DNA of 64,000 nt. Origin: Candidatus Obscuribacteraceae bacterium. Its GTDB lineage: Bacteria; Cyanobacteriota; Vampirovibrionia; Obscuribacterales; Obscuribacteraceae. The notes beneath the pieces were generated by a model, which was given only the letters and a program-made list of their open reading frames with translations, had not been told where the DNA came from and searched no databases. How positions within the stretch are numbered: position 1 is the stretch's first letter; each line of letters begins with the position of its first letter. The DNA lies in assembly GCA_044226015.1 (NCBI GenBank), contig JBGAHS010000001.1:1088001-1152000 (forward strand). The letters run 5' to 3'. A program made the position numbers and the translations under genes. Shown here one piece after another: positions 10,466-19,937 of this stretch.

Positions 10466-11731
10466 ATGACAGAAAGCCCTTATGCAGCTCTGAGGATTAG
10501 AGATTTTCGTTTTTTGCTGGCCGCAAGACTTTTTGTCACGGTCGCTGTGCAAATTCAGTTCATGGCTGTTGGTTGGCAGCTCTACTCATTAACAAAGAGT
10601 CCCCTTCTTCTCGGATTGCTTGGTCTTGCAGGTGCTTTCCCTGCTATTGGGGTTGCGCTCTACGCCGGACATGTCGCGGATATAGTTGACCGTCGAAAAA
10701 TTTTGATTTGCGCTGTCGTGGTTTTAACTACATCGATGGCTCTTCTTGCGTGCTGCTCGTTTGGATTAGAGTCAAAATTTCTTGTCCCTTTGATTTATAT
10801 TTGTATTGCTGTAACGGGCTTTGCCAGAGGTTTCTACGCTCCAGCGATATTTGGTCTCATATCTGACATTGTGCCTCGTGAGCTTTATGCAAATGCTGCC
10901 GCCTGGAACAGTTCGATGTGGCAAACCGCAGCTGTCATGGGTCCTATTCTCGGCGGGTTGCTTTATGTGGCGTTTGGTGCAGGGCTTACGTATACCTTCT
11001 CAACTTGCTTGATTCTTGGTTCTTTTGTTTGCTTCATGATGGTAAACGCGAAAACTGAATTCAAGAAAACCAATAAGGAGAATGGTGCGGTTGCGAACAT
11101 CAAGGAAGGTCTGAAATTCGTCTTTTCAAATCAAATTATTATTGGCTCAATGGCGCTTGATCTGTTTGCTGTCTTATTTGGTGGTGCGGTTGCACTTCTG
11201 CCCGTGTTTGCATCTGACGTATTTCATTCTGGTCCGCAAGTGCTTGGTTTTCTGCGCGCGGCACCATGTGTGGGGGCACTTCTCACATCAACTTATTTGA
11301 CTCACAATCCGATTAAGTCGAACGCCGGATTGATGCTTATGATTGCCGTTGCGGGCTTTGGGCTTTGCATGATTTGCTTTGGACTGTCTAAGAATTTGTA
11401 TCTTTCCTTTGGATTGCTAGCATTTAGCGGATGTCTCGATGGCATTAGTGTGTATGTTAGAAGCACTATTTATCAGCTTCTCACTCCGGCAGATATGAAA
11501 GGTAGAGTAGCTGCGGTCAACAGCATGTTCATCGGTTCATCGAATGAAATCGGCGAATTTGAATCTGGTCTGGCTGCCCGCTTGCTTGGTCTGGTTCCTT
11601 CTGTGGTTTTTGGGGGAACGATGACGATTCTTGTTGTACTGGTGACGATGTTAAAGGCTCCGAAGTTGAGAGCGTTAAACATGCAAAGTCTTTATCCGGA
11701 ATCGACTAAATCTGAAACCTCTAATGCCTGA
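10466..11731 (+). CDS. MFS transporter
   Basis: About 12 hydrophobic segments; AGHVADIVDRRK motif A; LDLFAVLFGGAVALLP; SNEIGEFESG. Confidence 0.92.
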   Translation: MTESPYAALRIRDFRFLLAARLFVTVAVQIQFMAVGWQLYSLTKSPLLLGLLGLAGAFPAIGVALYAGHVADIVDRRKILICAVVVLTTSMALLACCSFGLESKFLVPLIYICIAVTGFARGFYAPAIFGLISDIVPRELYANAAAWNSSMWQTAAVMGPILGGLLYVAFGAGLTYTFSTCLILGSFVCFMMVNAKTEFKKTNKENGAVANIKEGLKFVFSNQIIIGSMALDLFAVLFGGAVALLPVFASDVFHSGPQVLGFLRAAPCVGALLTSTYLTHNPIKSNAGLMLMIAVAGFGLCMICFGLSKNLYLSFGLLAFSGCLDGISVYVRSTIYQLLTPADMKGRVAAVNSMFIGSSNEIGEFESGLAARLLGLVPSVVFGGTMTILVVLVTMLKAPKLRALNMQSLYPESTKSETSNA

Positions 11732-11928
11732 TGCTGCAATAGATTATGGCGCTCGGTTCGCTAATTGTGAATTGTTTTTTCAGTAACAGAGCATAAAGCG
11801 TGGCAGAAATTTTGCTCCAAATGTGTGATTTGGGGTTAGGATGGTTTTAGTAGGTGTTTCTCGGCAGAGAGCACTTTGCTTACTGATTCAGATGTGGCAG
11901 GCTTAGTTGCTCAAATGAATCAGAGGAG

Positions 11929-13065
11929 GTGAAAGTGGCAGACTCAGAAAAAGACGCTTCAGGCTTTGAGATATCATTGCAGTCTCTGGCGGAGCAGCAA
12001 GAAAAGCTGCTGAAGCAACAAGAGTCAATTCTGGCGATAATTGCAGAGTCAAGCAAACGCTCAAAAAAAGATGTGTGGGATCGAATCGGTGCCATTGCTC
12101 CCATTCTAAGTGGCACAATCTTGGCTCTGGGCGGTACCTATTTCACCGTTGCGTACAACCAGCAGCAACTCAAATTGCAAGAAGTGCAAACAATTGAGAA
12201 ATTCATTCCTCATATGCTTGGAGATGAAAAAAGCAAGCGCGCTGCAATTCTTGCTATTTCATCGATTGCAGATGCGAAGCTTGCAGCTAAGGTTGCCTCG
12301 ATTTTTGCCAGTCCTGGTACCGTGTCTGCGTTGGAGTCGATTGCAGAGAATGACTCGAATGCTGACCACAAAGCATTGAAAGGCGCTCTGGCACGTGCTC
12401 TCGATAATATGGCTGAGTCCTATCGTATGGACAAAAAATATGATGAGGCAATTCTTGCATATCAAAAAGCGTTGCAGGTTCAAGAGCAAGCATATGGCAG
12501 ATTTAGTCCAAAGCTCGTTCCCGAGCTCGGTCGTATAGCCGAACTGAATATGATTCACAAGAATTATTCAGATGCCGAGTCCATGATAAAACGTTCCGCA
12601 GACATTCAAAAGCAAACCTATGGTTCTGACTCTGCTCAGTTTGCTTCACAGCTGAGAAGGCTGGCGAGCATCTATAAGGAGCAAGGGCTTGATGCTAAAG
12701 CGCAATCAGTTCTGAGTCAGGCCAGCGCAATTGAGCAGAAAATTCCTGGTATTGCTCGTGGTGGCGATATCGACGTTGTGGCTGAGCCGACGCTTGATAA
12801 TTTGCCTGAGACTAATCCGCTTCCTGGTACTGCGAACCCTACTAGTCCAGGTTTAGCAAAAGAAGGTTCTGCTTCTCCGCCTGCAGGTGAGAAGCCGGCG
12901 AAAGTGATTTCCAGTGGCGAAGCTGTGCCTGCTTCTGATGCGGCAAGCAAAGCTCTCGCTGACAGCAAGCCGAGCCAGGACAGAAGCACTCATTCTGGCA
13001 GTACTAATGAAAGTAAGCCGGAAGAAGAATCTGAGCGTCCCGAAACCGTTCAGCCTTTTCCTTAA
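11929..13065 (+). CDS. Membrane-anchored TPR protein with low-complexity C-tail
   Basis: One TM segment; TPR-like repeats (LDNMAESYRMDKKYDEAILAYQKAL); Pro/Ser/Glu-rich tail. Confidence 0.75.
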   Translation: MKVADSEKDASGFEISLQSLAEQQEKLLKQQESILAIIAESSKRSKKDVWDRIGAIAPILSGTILALGGTYFTVAYNQQQLKLQEVQTIEKFIPHMLGDEKSKRAAILAISSIADAKLAAKVASIFASPGTVSALESIAENDSNADHKALKGALARALDNMAESYRMDKKYDEAILAYQKALQVQEQAYGRFSPKLVPELGRIAELNMIHKNYSDAESMIKRSADIQKQTYGSDSAQFASQLRRLASIYKEQGLDAKAQSVLSQASAIEQKIPGIARGGDIDVVAEPTLDNLPETNPLPGTANPTSPGLAKEGSASPPAGEKPAKVISSGEAVPASDAASKALADSKPSQDRSTHSGSTNESKPEEESERPETVQPFP

Positions 13066-13210
13066 TAACAGTTTTGTCATTAACTTAAAAGCTGTTTAGA
13101 GTCCTGTACTGATTGGCGTCTGGCTTTGTTCCAGAGCCGTCTTGTTCTGAATTAAGCAGTCAAATGTGCTAGATTATTGTTCCTAGAGCATCCATACCTT
13201 CGGGGGTTTT

Positions 13211-14413
13211 ATGGCGGAAACGGTGCACGCGTCTAAGCTTGCCGACTTCTTACTCGAGCTTGGAGTATTCAAGCAGGAAGAGATTCAAGAAGCCGTCCAA
13301 ATTGCGATACAAATAAACTTGCCCCTGGGTCGTGCTCTTGTCTTATCCAACAAAATGCCGGAGAAAGACCTTCGCATCGCTTTGCAGCTGCAAGCATTGC
13401 TGCGCGAGGAAGCCATAGACATTGAGACTGCGCGCATAGCGTTTCAATCGGTAAAGAATGAGAAGTCGAGTTTGTCTGATGCTTTGCAAAAACTTGGAGT
13501 ATCAAATCGAACAGGCGCTGAAGATTTGCAAAAAAGCAAGCTTGCGACTTTGTTGATCGATGCCGGTTTAGTATCACAAGAGCAAGTTGATGAGGCTATG
13601 AAAGTTGGCTATGAGACGGGCGCTCCTGTGGGACGTATGCTCACTCTGACTGGTGTAGTTGAACACAGCGTTTTGGCTCGAGCTTTGGAAGTGCAAGTGC
13701 TGCTGCGTGAAGGAAAGATGAGTCACGGCGAGGCAGTTGAACTTCTGCGCTCCGAGAGTTTGCGAATACTGCCGGTTGAAATGACAGCACAGCAGCGTGG
13801 TTTATCAAAGCAAGACCCGAACAAGCGGGTGCGTTTGGGCGAGCTCCTCATGCTTTCTGGCGTCCTCACTGAAGGCGACATGTTGAATGTTCTGGAAGTT
13901 GGTTTGACGACACCAAAACCGCTTGGAGATATTCTCATTGAAATGGGTTTGATTTCGCAAGCAGTTCTCGATATGGCGCTTAAATTGCAAAATATGATTT
14001 CGAGTGGTGCAATCGACATTCGTGCAGCTGCCGCTGCTCTGCAAGAGCTTGCGATTACAGGAAAGGCTGTTGACCCTAAGGACTGCAGTAAGTTGAGCGA
14101 AGAGTCAGATATTCGTCTTGGTGATTTGCTTCAGCAAACAGGACTTGTTGACACTGCTGACATTCAGGAAGCAATCGCTTTGAGTTCTACCTATCCGGCA
14201 ATGATAGGTAAGATGCTTGTTGTTGCAGGTTCTATTGATGAAGGTACTTTGTTGGCTGCACTGAGGTGCCAATTCCTACTCAGAAACAAGGCATTAACAG
14301 AAGAAGAAGCAAGCCAGGCGCTTCTTTATGCCCAGCGACATCGCATCAGTCTTGATGACTCCCTTGAAGAACTGGGTATTGCTATACCCGCCCAGCTTCG
14401 TCGGGATAGTTAA
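13211..14413 (+). CDS. Tandem MshEN-like repeat protein (putative c-di-GMP receptor)
   Basis: Four domains with the RLGxxLxxxGxxxxxxLxxAL pattern, e.g. RLGELLMLSGVL...PLGDILIEMGLISQAVLDMALKLQ and RLGDLLQQTGLV. Confidence 0.7.
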   Translation: MAETVHASKLADFLLELGVFKQEEIQEAVQIAIQINLPLGRALVLSNKMPEKDLRIALQLQALLREEAIDIETARIAFQSVKNEKSSLSDALQKLGVSNRTGAEDLQKSKLATLLIDAGLVSQEQVDEAMKVGYETGAPVGRMLTLTGVVEHSVLARALEVQVLLREGKMSHGEAVELLRSESLRILPVEMTAQQRGLSKQDPNKRVRLGELLMLSGVLTEGDMLNVLEVGLTTPKPLGDILIEMGLISQAVLDMALKLQNMISSGAIDIRAAAAALQELAITGKAVDPKDCSKLSEESDIRLGDLLQQTGLVDTADIQEAIALSSTYPAMIGKMLVVAGSIDEGTLLAALRCQFLLRNKALTEEEASQALLYAQRHRISLDDSLEELGIAIPAQLRRDS

Positions 14414-14415
14414 GT

Positions 14416-15621
14416 ATGCGGGAAAATTTTACGGTGCGTGCTTTCCGGAATTTCCGGATTTTTTCGCATACAGTGACTTTCGCGCTTTTGTTCTGTCTTA
14501 TTGCACAATCAGCGATAGGAGCCCAAGCCGGTTATGCCGCGGAGCTGGCGGCGGACCGCAGCGCGCCAAATGCCCCTGCGGCAAGTGATGCGGCGAGCCC
14601 AAACGCTGAAGGCAGCAAGAATGCTTCATCAGCCAATCCATCCGAAAAAAATACCCAAGCTAAGACCTCATTGTGTGATGAAACCGTATCTGGTGGCAAG
14701 CAACTATCTCTTGAGGAACTCACTATATTCAACGGTGACGATAGTTCCGCCAATGAAGAGAGAAAAAAAGATATCGCAAAACGTGTTTTCGATGAAACAG
14801 GACTTGTGAAGCCTCGCCCCATGAGTACTAAGGAAAAAGACAGATTGCGTAAGGCTTTTGATGAAGGTAGCGCGAGTAAGTACTCTGTGCAAGAGCTTCT
14901 TGACGCTGGCGTCTTCAAATTCAAACCAATCGTTAATCTCCACCCTAAATGTAGCAGCAGCGAAGATGATAAATCTGTTCGTCTTCGTGACGGATCTGCT
15001 CTCGATATAGACAATGCAAGTTGGGGCAAGAAGAGCATTCCAGCTAAAATCGTTTATGGAGTTATGCACTCCACAGAAGATGGCGACGCCGGTGCCAGTA
15101 AGACAATAGATTATTGGAATAACGATTGTAGTGCCGGAAAGCGGAGTTCATCGACTCCGTTTGTGGTCGACCGAAATGATGATATTTATGTGACTGCTGA
15201 TTTTGAATCTCGCTGGCAACGACATTGCTCTTCGAAATTGACTGGCATACCTGGAGTGGTCAATTGGAATTCAGTTGGGGTTGAAATTACTCATTCCACC
15301 GAGAAGCAACTCGACTATACCAATGAACAAATGTTGAATGTCGCGCGTCTCTGGACCTATATTTTGCAGAGAGCACAAATTCCTGACAGCAAGATATACA
15401 CCCATGCTGAGCTGCAGGGGCATCTTCCGAAAGACCATGTTAGTTTCAGAACAGACCCCGAAGGTTTTGACTGGGCGCGGTTTGGAAAAGACATGAATGA
15501 ATTGCGAAAAATGAGCGGGCTTAAGCCTCCTGTCGATACCGATCTGGCGGAAGGGTCAGGGAAGACCGTTCCCCAAAAAGCCATTGAGGATGCTTTTTTT
15601 GATACGCAACCCAGGTCCTAG
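14416..15621 (+). CDS. Secreted N-acetylmuramoyl-L-alanine amidase (Amidase_2-like)
   Basis: Signal peptide; VMHSTE, HC, NWNSVGVEI, THAEL...TDP zinc-amidase motifs. Confidence 0.75.
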   Translation: MRENFTVRAFRNFRIFSHTVTFALLFCLIAQSAIGAQAGYAAELAADRSAPNAPAASDAASPNAEGSKNASSANPSEKNTQAKTSLCDETVSGGKQLSLEELTIFNGDDSSANEERKKDIAKRVFDETGLVKPRPMSTKEKDRLRKAFDEGSASKYSVQELLDAGVFKFKPIVNLHPKCSSSEDDKSVRLRDGSALDIDNASWGKKSIPAKIVYGVMHSTEDGDAGASKTIDYWNNDCSAGKRSSSTPFVVDRNDDIYVTADFESRWQRHCSSKLTGIPGVVNWNSVGVEITHSTEKQLDYTNEQMLNVARLWTYILQRAQIPDSKIYTHAELQGHLPKDHVSFRTDPEGFDWARFGKDMNELRKMSGLKPPVDTDLAEGSGKTVPQKAIEDAFFDTQPRS

Positions 15622-15684
15622 CCAATCGAGTGGCTTTTTGCGATCCAGCACCAGATAAGCAACGGAACGCCTTCCACACGTACG

Positions 15685-16443
15685 TCAGGTTGTTGCCAAT
15701 CGAACACGTTTGAGCAAATCGTCCAGCGCAGGTTTCGCTCCTGCGGATTCAGGCAGCAAGCTTTTTTGCCCAGAGACTTCCAGATTTTTGAGCATTCGCT
15801 GAAACTCGTGTTCGTGAAACTCTAGATCCTTATTGCTGAGAGTTTGTTTTTCTTTTGTGCTGCTTTTGCGCTCTATTAGTTCGTCAATGAAGTTCAGGTG
15901 AAATCTTGTTTCATTCAATTTTTTCAAATTCGCTTCGATTTCTCCCGTTTCCATCAAATGAATGCCGGTCAAGATTACTCTGTATGTGTACAGCAAGGGT
16001 TTTATTCTCGCAGGATTTTCCTTGTTGAATAAGTTCCACTGATTGTTCGCAAACCCTAAATAGTGGTGAACATGCATTCGGGTGATGCAGTCTTTTGCAA
16101 TTTGCTTCAGTTCTTCGTGCTCTGGCGATGTTCTAATTATCAGTGGTGAGTAGAGTTGCTCGAGCACATACCCATTCTTTTTCAGGAGCAGTTTGAAAAA
16201 CTTCTTTATGTCATGCGTCACAAGGTCTAATTCTATGTTGTTGCGAAACTCAGAAAGCTCTGTCGTCTCCTCGCTTTCATCCAGCCCGATGATTTCACTA
16301 ACTGGAAGTATATGCACACCGCGCAAATCCCAATCAGAATCTGGAGAAGGGAAACCATATAAGTGTGCACCACTTACAGTGGCAAAAAGCAAGGGGAATT
16401 TGTGCTTGTCTGAGGCTTCAAAGAGTTCGGCTGGGAAATTCAT
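15685..16443 (-). CDS. Pol-beta superfamily nucleotidyltransferase (RlaP/YcgL-like)
   Basis: VSGAHLYGFPSPDSDWDLRGVH, LLKKNGYVLEQLYSP, KPLLYTYRV. Confidence 0.88.
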   Translation of the reverse strand: MNFPAELFEASDKHKFPLLFATVSGAHLYGFPSPDSDWDLRGVHILPVSEIIGLDESEETTELSEFRNNIELDLVTHDIKKFFKLLLKKNGYVLEQLYSPLIIRTSPEHEELKQIAKDCITRMHVHHYLGFANNQWNLFNKENPARIKPLLYTYRVILTGIHLMETGEIEANLKKLNETRFHLNFIDELIERKSSTKEKQTLSNKDLEFHEHEFQRMLKNLEVSGQKSLLPESAGAKPALDDLLKRVRLATT

Positions 16444-16552
16444 GGCTTCCTTTCAATGCTTGTGATATGTTTTGTCAGTTAAGATGATTCTGCTTTGTCG
16501 TAACGAGCTCACGAACTCCGAGAGTTTACTGTGTCTTAATTAAGGCTGTTTG

Positions 16553-17494
16553 TTACTCAACTCGGGACTTTCGTGCCTTAATCAAAAACTCGTTGCACCA
16601 TTCATAATCTGGACGTTCAGGAAGCTTCGTATTTTCGAAGGCGGCATCAAAGTCTTTGTGAAGATTCAGGCGCCACTCATTTACTTCTTCCCATGCAAGC
16701 TCACCATTGCGAATCGCCATGAAGCGCTGGCGCTCATCTGCAACTTTCACAGGAACAAAGCCTTCTTTTAGGATTGTGATTCCGGATAGGAGAAGTCGAA
16801 CAAGGTGCATTACATGCTTCCATTTCAGTTTGCCCAAAGTTCGCAAATCTTGCTCAAGTTTTCTAAATTGCGATATGACGTAGCCGTTGTAGGTTTGATA
16901 GACCAGGCACGATAAGAATTTTTCCCTGTTTTCCAAGAGTTCCGCAGCAAGGGCATCTTGCTCTTCGATAATCGGAGTGTATAGGCACTCAAGTACATTC
17001 GGGTTTGCCTTCAACGCAAGAATTAGGAACTTTTGCATTTCCCAATAACATTCTTGTGTCTCATCGTTTTCAATTTGTTCTGGAATTCCATAGAGTGACC
17101 ATTGCATTCTAGTTGGTGGAAGATAGATGCCTCTGCGGTCAATGTCCGAACTGTCGACATCGAGTCCAAAAGCGCGAGAGCCGACGATGCAACGATAAAT
17201 TACGTATTGAAATAGATCGCGGTCTCCAGGCTCTGCATCCGGGCGATCGAAATGCAGGTTTTGCAGATGCTTTCTGATAGCTAATTCGCTACGGTGCAGG
17301 CTTGCGCTCTCGCCATCGGGAAAAAGCACCTGATAGGCATTTTTATTGTTTTCCGGCGCTTGTACTATTTTGCCGACAGCGCCCTGTCTTCTAATTGAGT
17401 TGCCGTCTCGATCTCGCAGCTCAACTACAGTGACAACTTGTGTCCCCACAGGTAATACCAGTGACTCTTTAAGTTTTTCATGCTCTTCTGACAT
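16553..17494 (-). CDS. Pol-beta superfamily nucleotidyltransferase (RlaP-like) with N-terminal extension
   Basis: IVGSRAFGLDVDSSDIDRRGIY, LKANPNVLECL, WKHVMHLVRLL, LPERPD. Confidence 0.88.
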   Translation of the reverse strand: MSEEHEKLKESLVLPVGTQVVTVVELRDRDGNSIRRQGAVGKIVQAPENNKNAYQVLFPDGESASLHRSELAIRKHLQNLHFDRPDAEPGDRDLFQYVIYRCIVGSRAFGLDVDSSDIDRRGIYLPPTRMQWSLYGIPEQIENDETQECYWEMQKFLILALKANPNVLECLYTPIIEEQDALAAELLENREKFLSCLVYQTYNGYVISQFRKLEQDLRTLGKLKWKHVMHLVRLLLSGITILKEGFVPVKVADERQRFMAIRNGELAWEEVNEWRLNLHKDFDAAFENTKLPERPDYEWCNEFLIKARKSRVE

Positions 17495-17503
17495 AAATTC
17501 CAA

Positions 17504-18883
17504 TTACATTACAAGCGGGTCGAGGTGCCAGCCGCCATAGAGCCTAAAAAGATGAATCCACGAACCAATCGTGACTGCCGCGTTAAACAACAGGAAGCTC
17601 AACACTGCGATTTCTCCAACAGAAAGCTTCCACCTTCCGATAGATTTAGTCTGAGCTCCACATTGCATTAGCCCGCCAATTATCAATGCCATAATTGGTA
17701 TTTCAGAGGTAATGAGATATCGTCCTTGCGGACCACCCAGGTTTTTTGTCGATGCTGCGATCATCAATGCGATGTTAATTGTCAGGCAAAGCGCAAGGCT
17801 GAACCACATAATCAGAGGTTTGCCTTTGCCTTTTACAGCCAACTTTGAGCGCATGGTGGCAAGAGCAACTTGTGTCAATGGTGCCACTGTTGCAACTAAC
17901 ATGTAGAATCCGTAAATCCAGTACACTGGACGCCAGATGTATCTCGTCATATAGCCAAAAAGGCTCCAATAGCTGAACATTGTCAGCCGCCACCATTTGT
18001 GATCTTTTATTATGTGCGATGCGGGCAGGTAGTATGAAAGTGGCTTGTGATTAGCAACTGCCCACGACTTAAACATGGTTTGTGTTCCAGAAAAATCGCC
18101 AGGGTACTGAGTGTTGTTCTGATAGAACCACCAAGCTGAAACTACCACAGCAAGCACGCCTGCTGCTACGAAAGATGCCAGACCTGCAAGCAAACTTGTT
18201 CCATTTAGAAAGATAGATGCTATCAATGGTATTGCCACCACAGGTAGTATTGCGAGTCCAGCGTATTTTGAAATAGCAACCCAGCCGGAAAGTGCTCCGA
18301 TTATCATCGTTCGGTTAAAGCGCAAGCCCGAGGACAGCGATTCAAAGCTCAGCCACAAAATTATGCTTGCAAGCGCAGAAGATGTTGAATCACAGTTTGC
18401 GTACGAGTGAATAAATACAAGTTGGGGGTGGAGAATTATGGCTGCTGGCAAAGCCAGGGCTGCAATCAGATTCTTGGGAAACAAAAGTTTTCCGATGTAG
18501 TACGCCGCTAGCATCATCCACGCGCCCATGAAGAGGCTTCCAAGGCGTTCTGTTAGGGCGATTGATTCAATAGGAAATAGTGACGAAATAAGCACATGAG
18601 GGATATAACCCATTTGCGGAAGCGAGCCATAAACCGCTGATGCGCCACCATCAAAAACCTCTTTTGCCATAGGCAGTCGATGATGTTCCGTCAAGAATTT
18701 GATCACCCAGTGGTGCGCAAATTCGTCTGGTGCCTCGACCATAGGTAACATGAAGAGCCACGGCAGGCGAAACATCAAGTAAGCGCCGCCCAGGCAGAGG
18801 TATTCTTCGAGCCTGACTTTGCCGGAAAGGCCAAACGCTGAAGGGTTTGAATTTGTCTCAGAAGAGGATGAAAGCTGCTGCAT
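17504..18883 (-). CDS. GT-C fold membrane glycosyltransferase (ArnT/PMT/DUF2142-like)
   Basis: APDEFAH first-loop motif, many TM segments, SKY and QGRYL motifs. Confidence 0.75.
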   Translation of the reverse strand: MQQLSSSSETNSNPSAFGLSGKVRLEEYLCLGGAYLMFRLPWLFMLPMVEAPDEFAHHWVIKFLTEHHRLPMAKEVFDGGASAVYGSLPQMGYIPHVLISSLFPIESIALTERLGSLFMGAWMMLAAYYIGKLLFPKNLIAALALPAAIILHPQLVFIHSYANCDSTSSALASIILWLSFESLSSGLRFNRTMIIGALSGWVAISKYAGLAILPVVAIPLIASIFLNGTSLLAGLASFVAAGVLAVVVSAWWFYQNNTQYPGDFSGTQTMFKSWAVANHKPLSYYLPASHIIKDHKWWRLTMFSYWSLFGYMTRYIWRPVYWIYGFYMLVATVAPLTQVALATMRSKLAVKGKGKPLIMWFSLALCLTINIALMIAASTKNLGGPQGRYLITSEIPIMALIIGGLMQCGAQTKSIGRWKLSVGEIAVLSFLLFNAAVTIGSWIHLFRLYGGWHLDPLVM

Positions 18884-19206
18884 TGGACTCTCTTGCTATC
18901 CCCTTTGCATTTTAGCTGATATGTTTGCTTGAGAACTCAAATCTTGTTTAGAGGAGATTTATTTGCGAAATTGATGACGCGATTAATTTTTGGCTTATTC
19001 CCTGGTGAGCTTAATTTTGCGGATTCATTTGGGACCTGGTCTATGTTCCAAAGAACCCAAAGACCTTGGGTTGCTTTGTATGGAAGTATATTTGTGGAAA
19101 CGCTTTTCAGGCGGAATGGTGCTGCGTTCTCATAGGTGCAAAATCAAATGAACAAGCATGTCCTAGTTTAGTCTCACTGCCATTTGCAAGGAGCTGCTTG
19201 TCCGAC

Positions 19207-19770
19207 TCAGCTATACGACCCCTTTATTTCGTCGCCCATGAGCACCAGGTCTGCCAGCTGGCGCATTGGCTCGATATATCGTGTGTATGCCTCTTCAACA
19301 TGAATGCTGTGCTTTATTGTCTCGATTGTGTCACGACCGCGTTCAACATCTCGCCGAATGCGTCTTGCCATCCTCTGATCAACCGGCGTATCTATAAATA
19401 TTTTCAGGCTGCAGATTTCATCGAGCGGGCTGTGAAAGGCGAAGATGCCCTCCACAATGACAATTCCGTTTTTCGGCGCGGGAATTAGCTGTGTGCCTTT
19501 TCGGCTGCAACTGCGCATGTCATACACGGGAATCCAAACATCTTCGCCATCTTTCAGGCGGAGGCATGCATCCGCACAGGCGTCCAGGTCGACCGCCGAC
19601 GGGTGGTCGAAGTCATAGGAGCCGTCGGGATTCAAATCGAGCTTGTCGAGGCTCTTGTAAAAGTGGTCAGTGGCTACAATCGATGCGCCGACAAACTTGT
19701 GCGAGAGTGTTGACTTTCCGGACCCAGAGCCGCCGCAGACGGCAATAATTTGCGGAGAACGTTTTCTCAT
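19207..19770 (-). CDS. udk: Uridine kinase
   Basis: GGSGSGKST, DHFYK, FDHPSAVD, IVEGIF, RRIRRDVERGR, YIEP. Confidence 0.88.
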   Translation of the reverse strand: MRKRSPQIIAVCGGSGSGKSTLSHKFVGASIVATDHFYKSLDKLDLNPDGSYDFDHPSAVDLDACADACLRLKDGEDVWIPVYDMRSCSRKGTQLIPAPKNGIVIVEGIFAFHSPLDEICSLKIFIDTPVDQRMARRIRRDVERGRDTIETIKHSIHVEEAYTRYIEPMRQLADLVLMGDEIKGSYS

Positions 19771-19937
19771 CTTTACCAGTTGTTGTTTTGAGATTTTTTG
19801 GCGTGCCCATGAATTAGACTAGATGAGCCTCGGAAAGAGTTCAAGCCTCTTGTTAACACACGATAAACTGCTTGGCAGATTATTAATTGGCGTTGAGCAT
19901 CTTCACGAAGGAATGCACCCTGTGGGGAACTGAGCAA

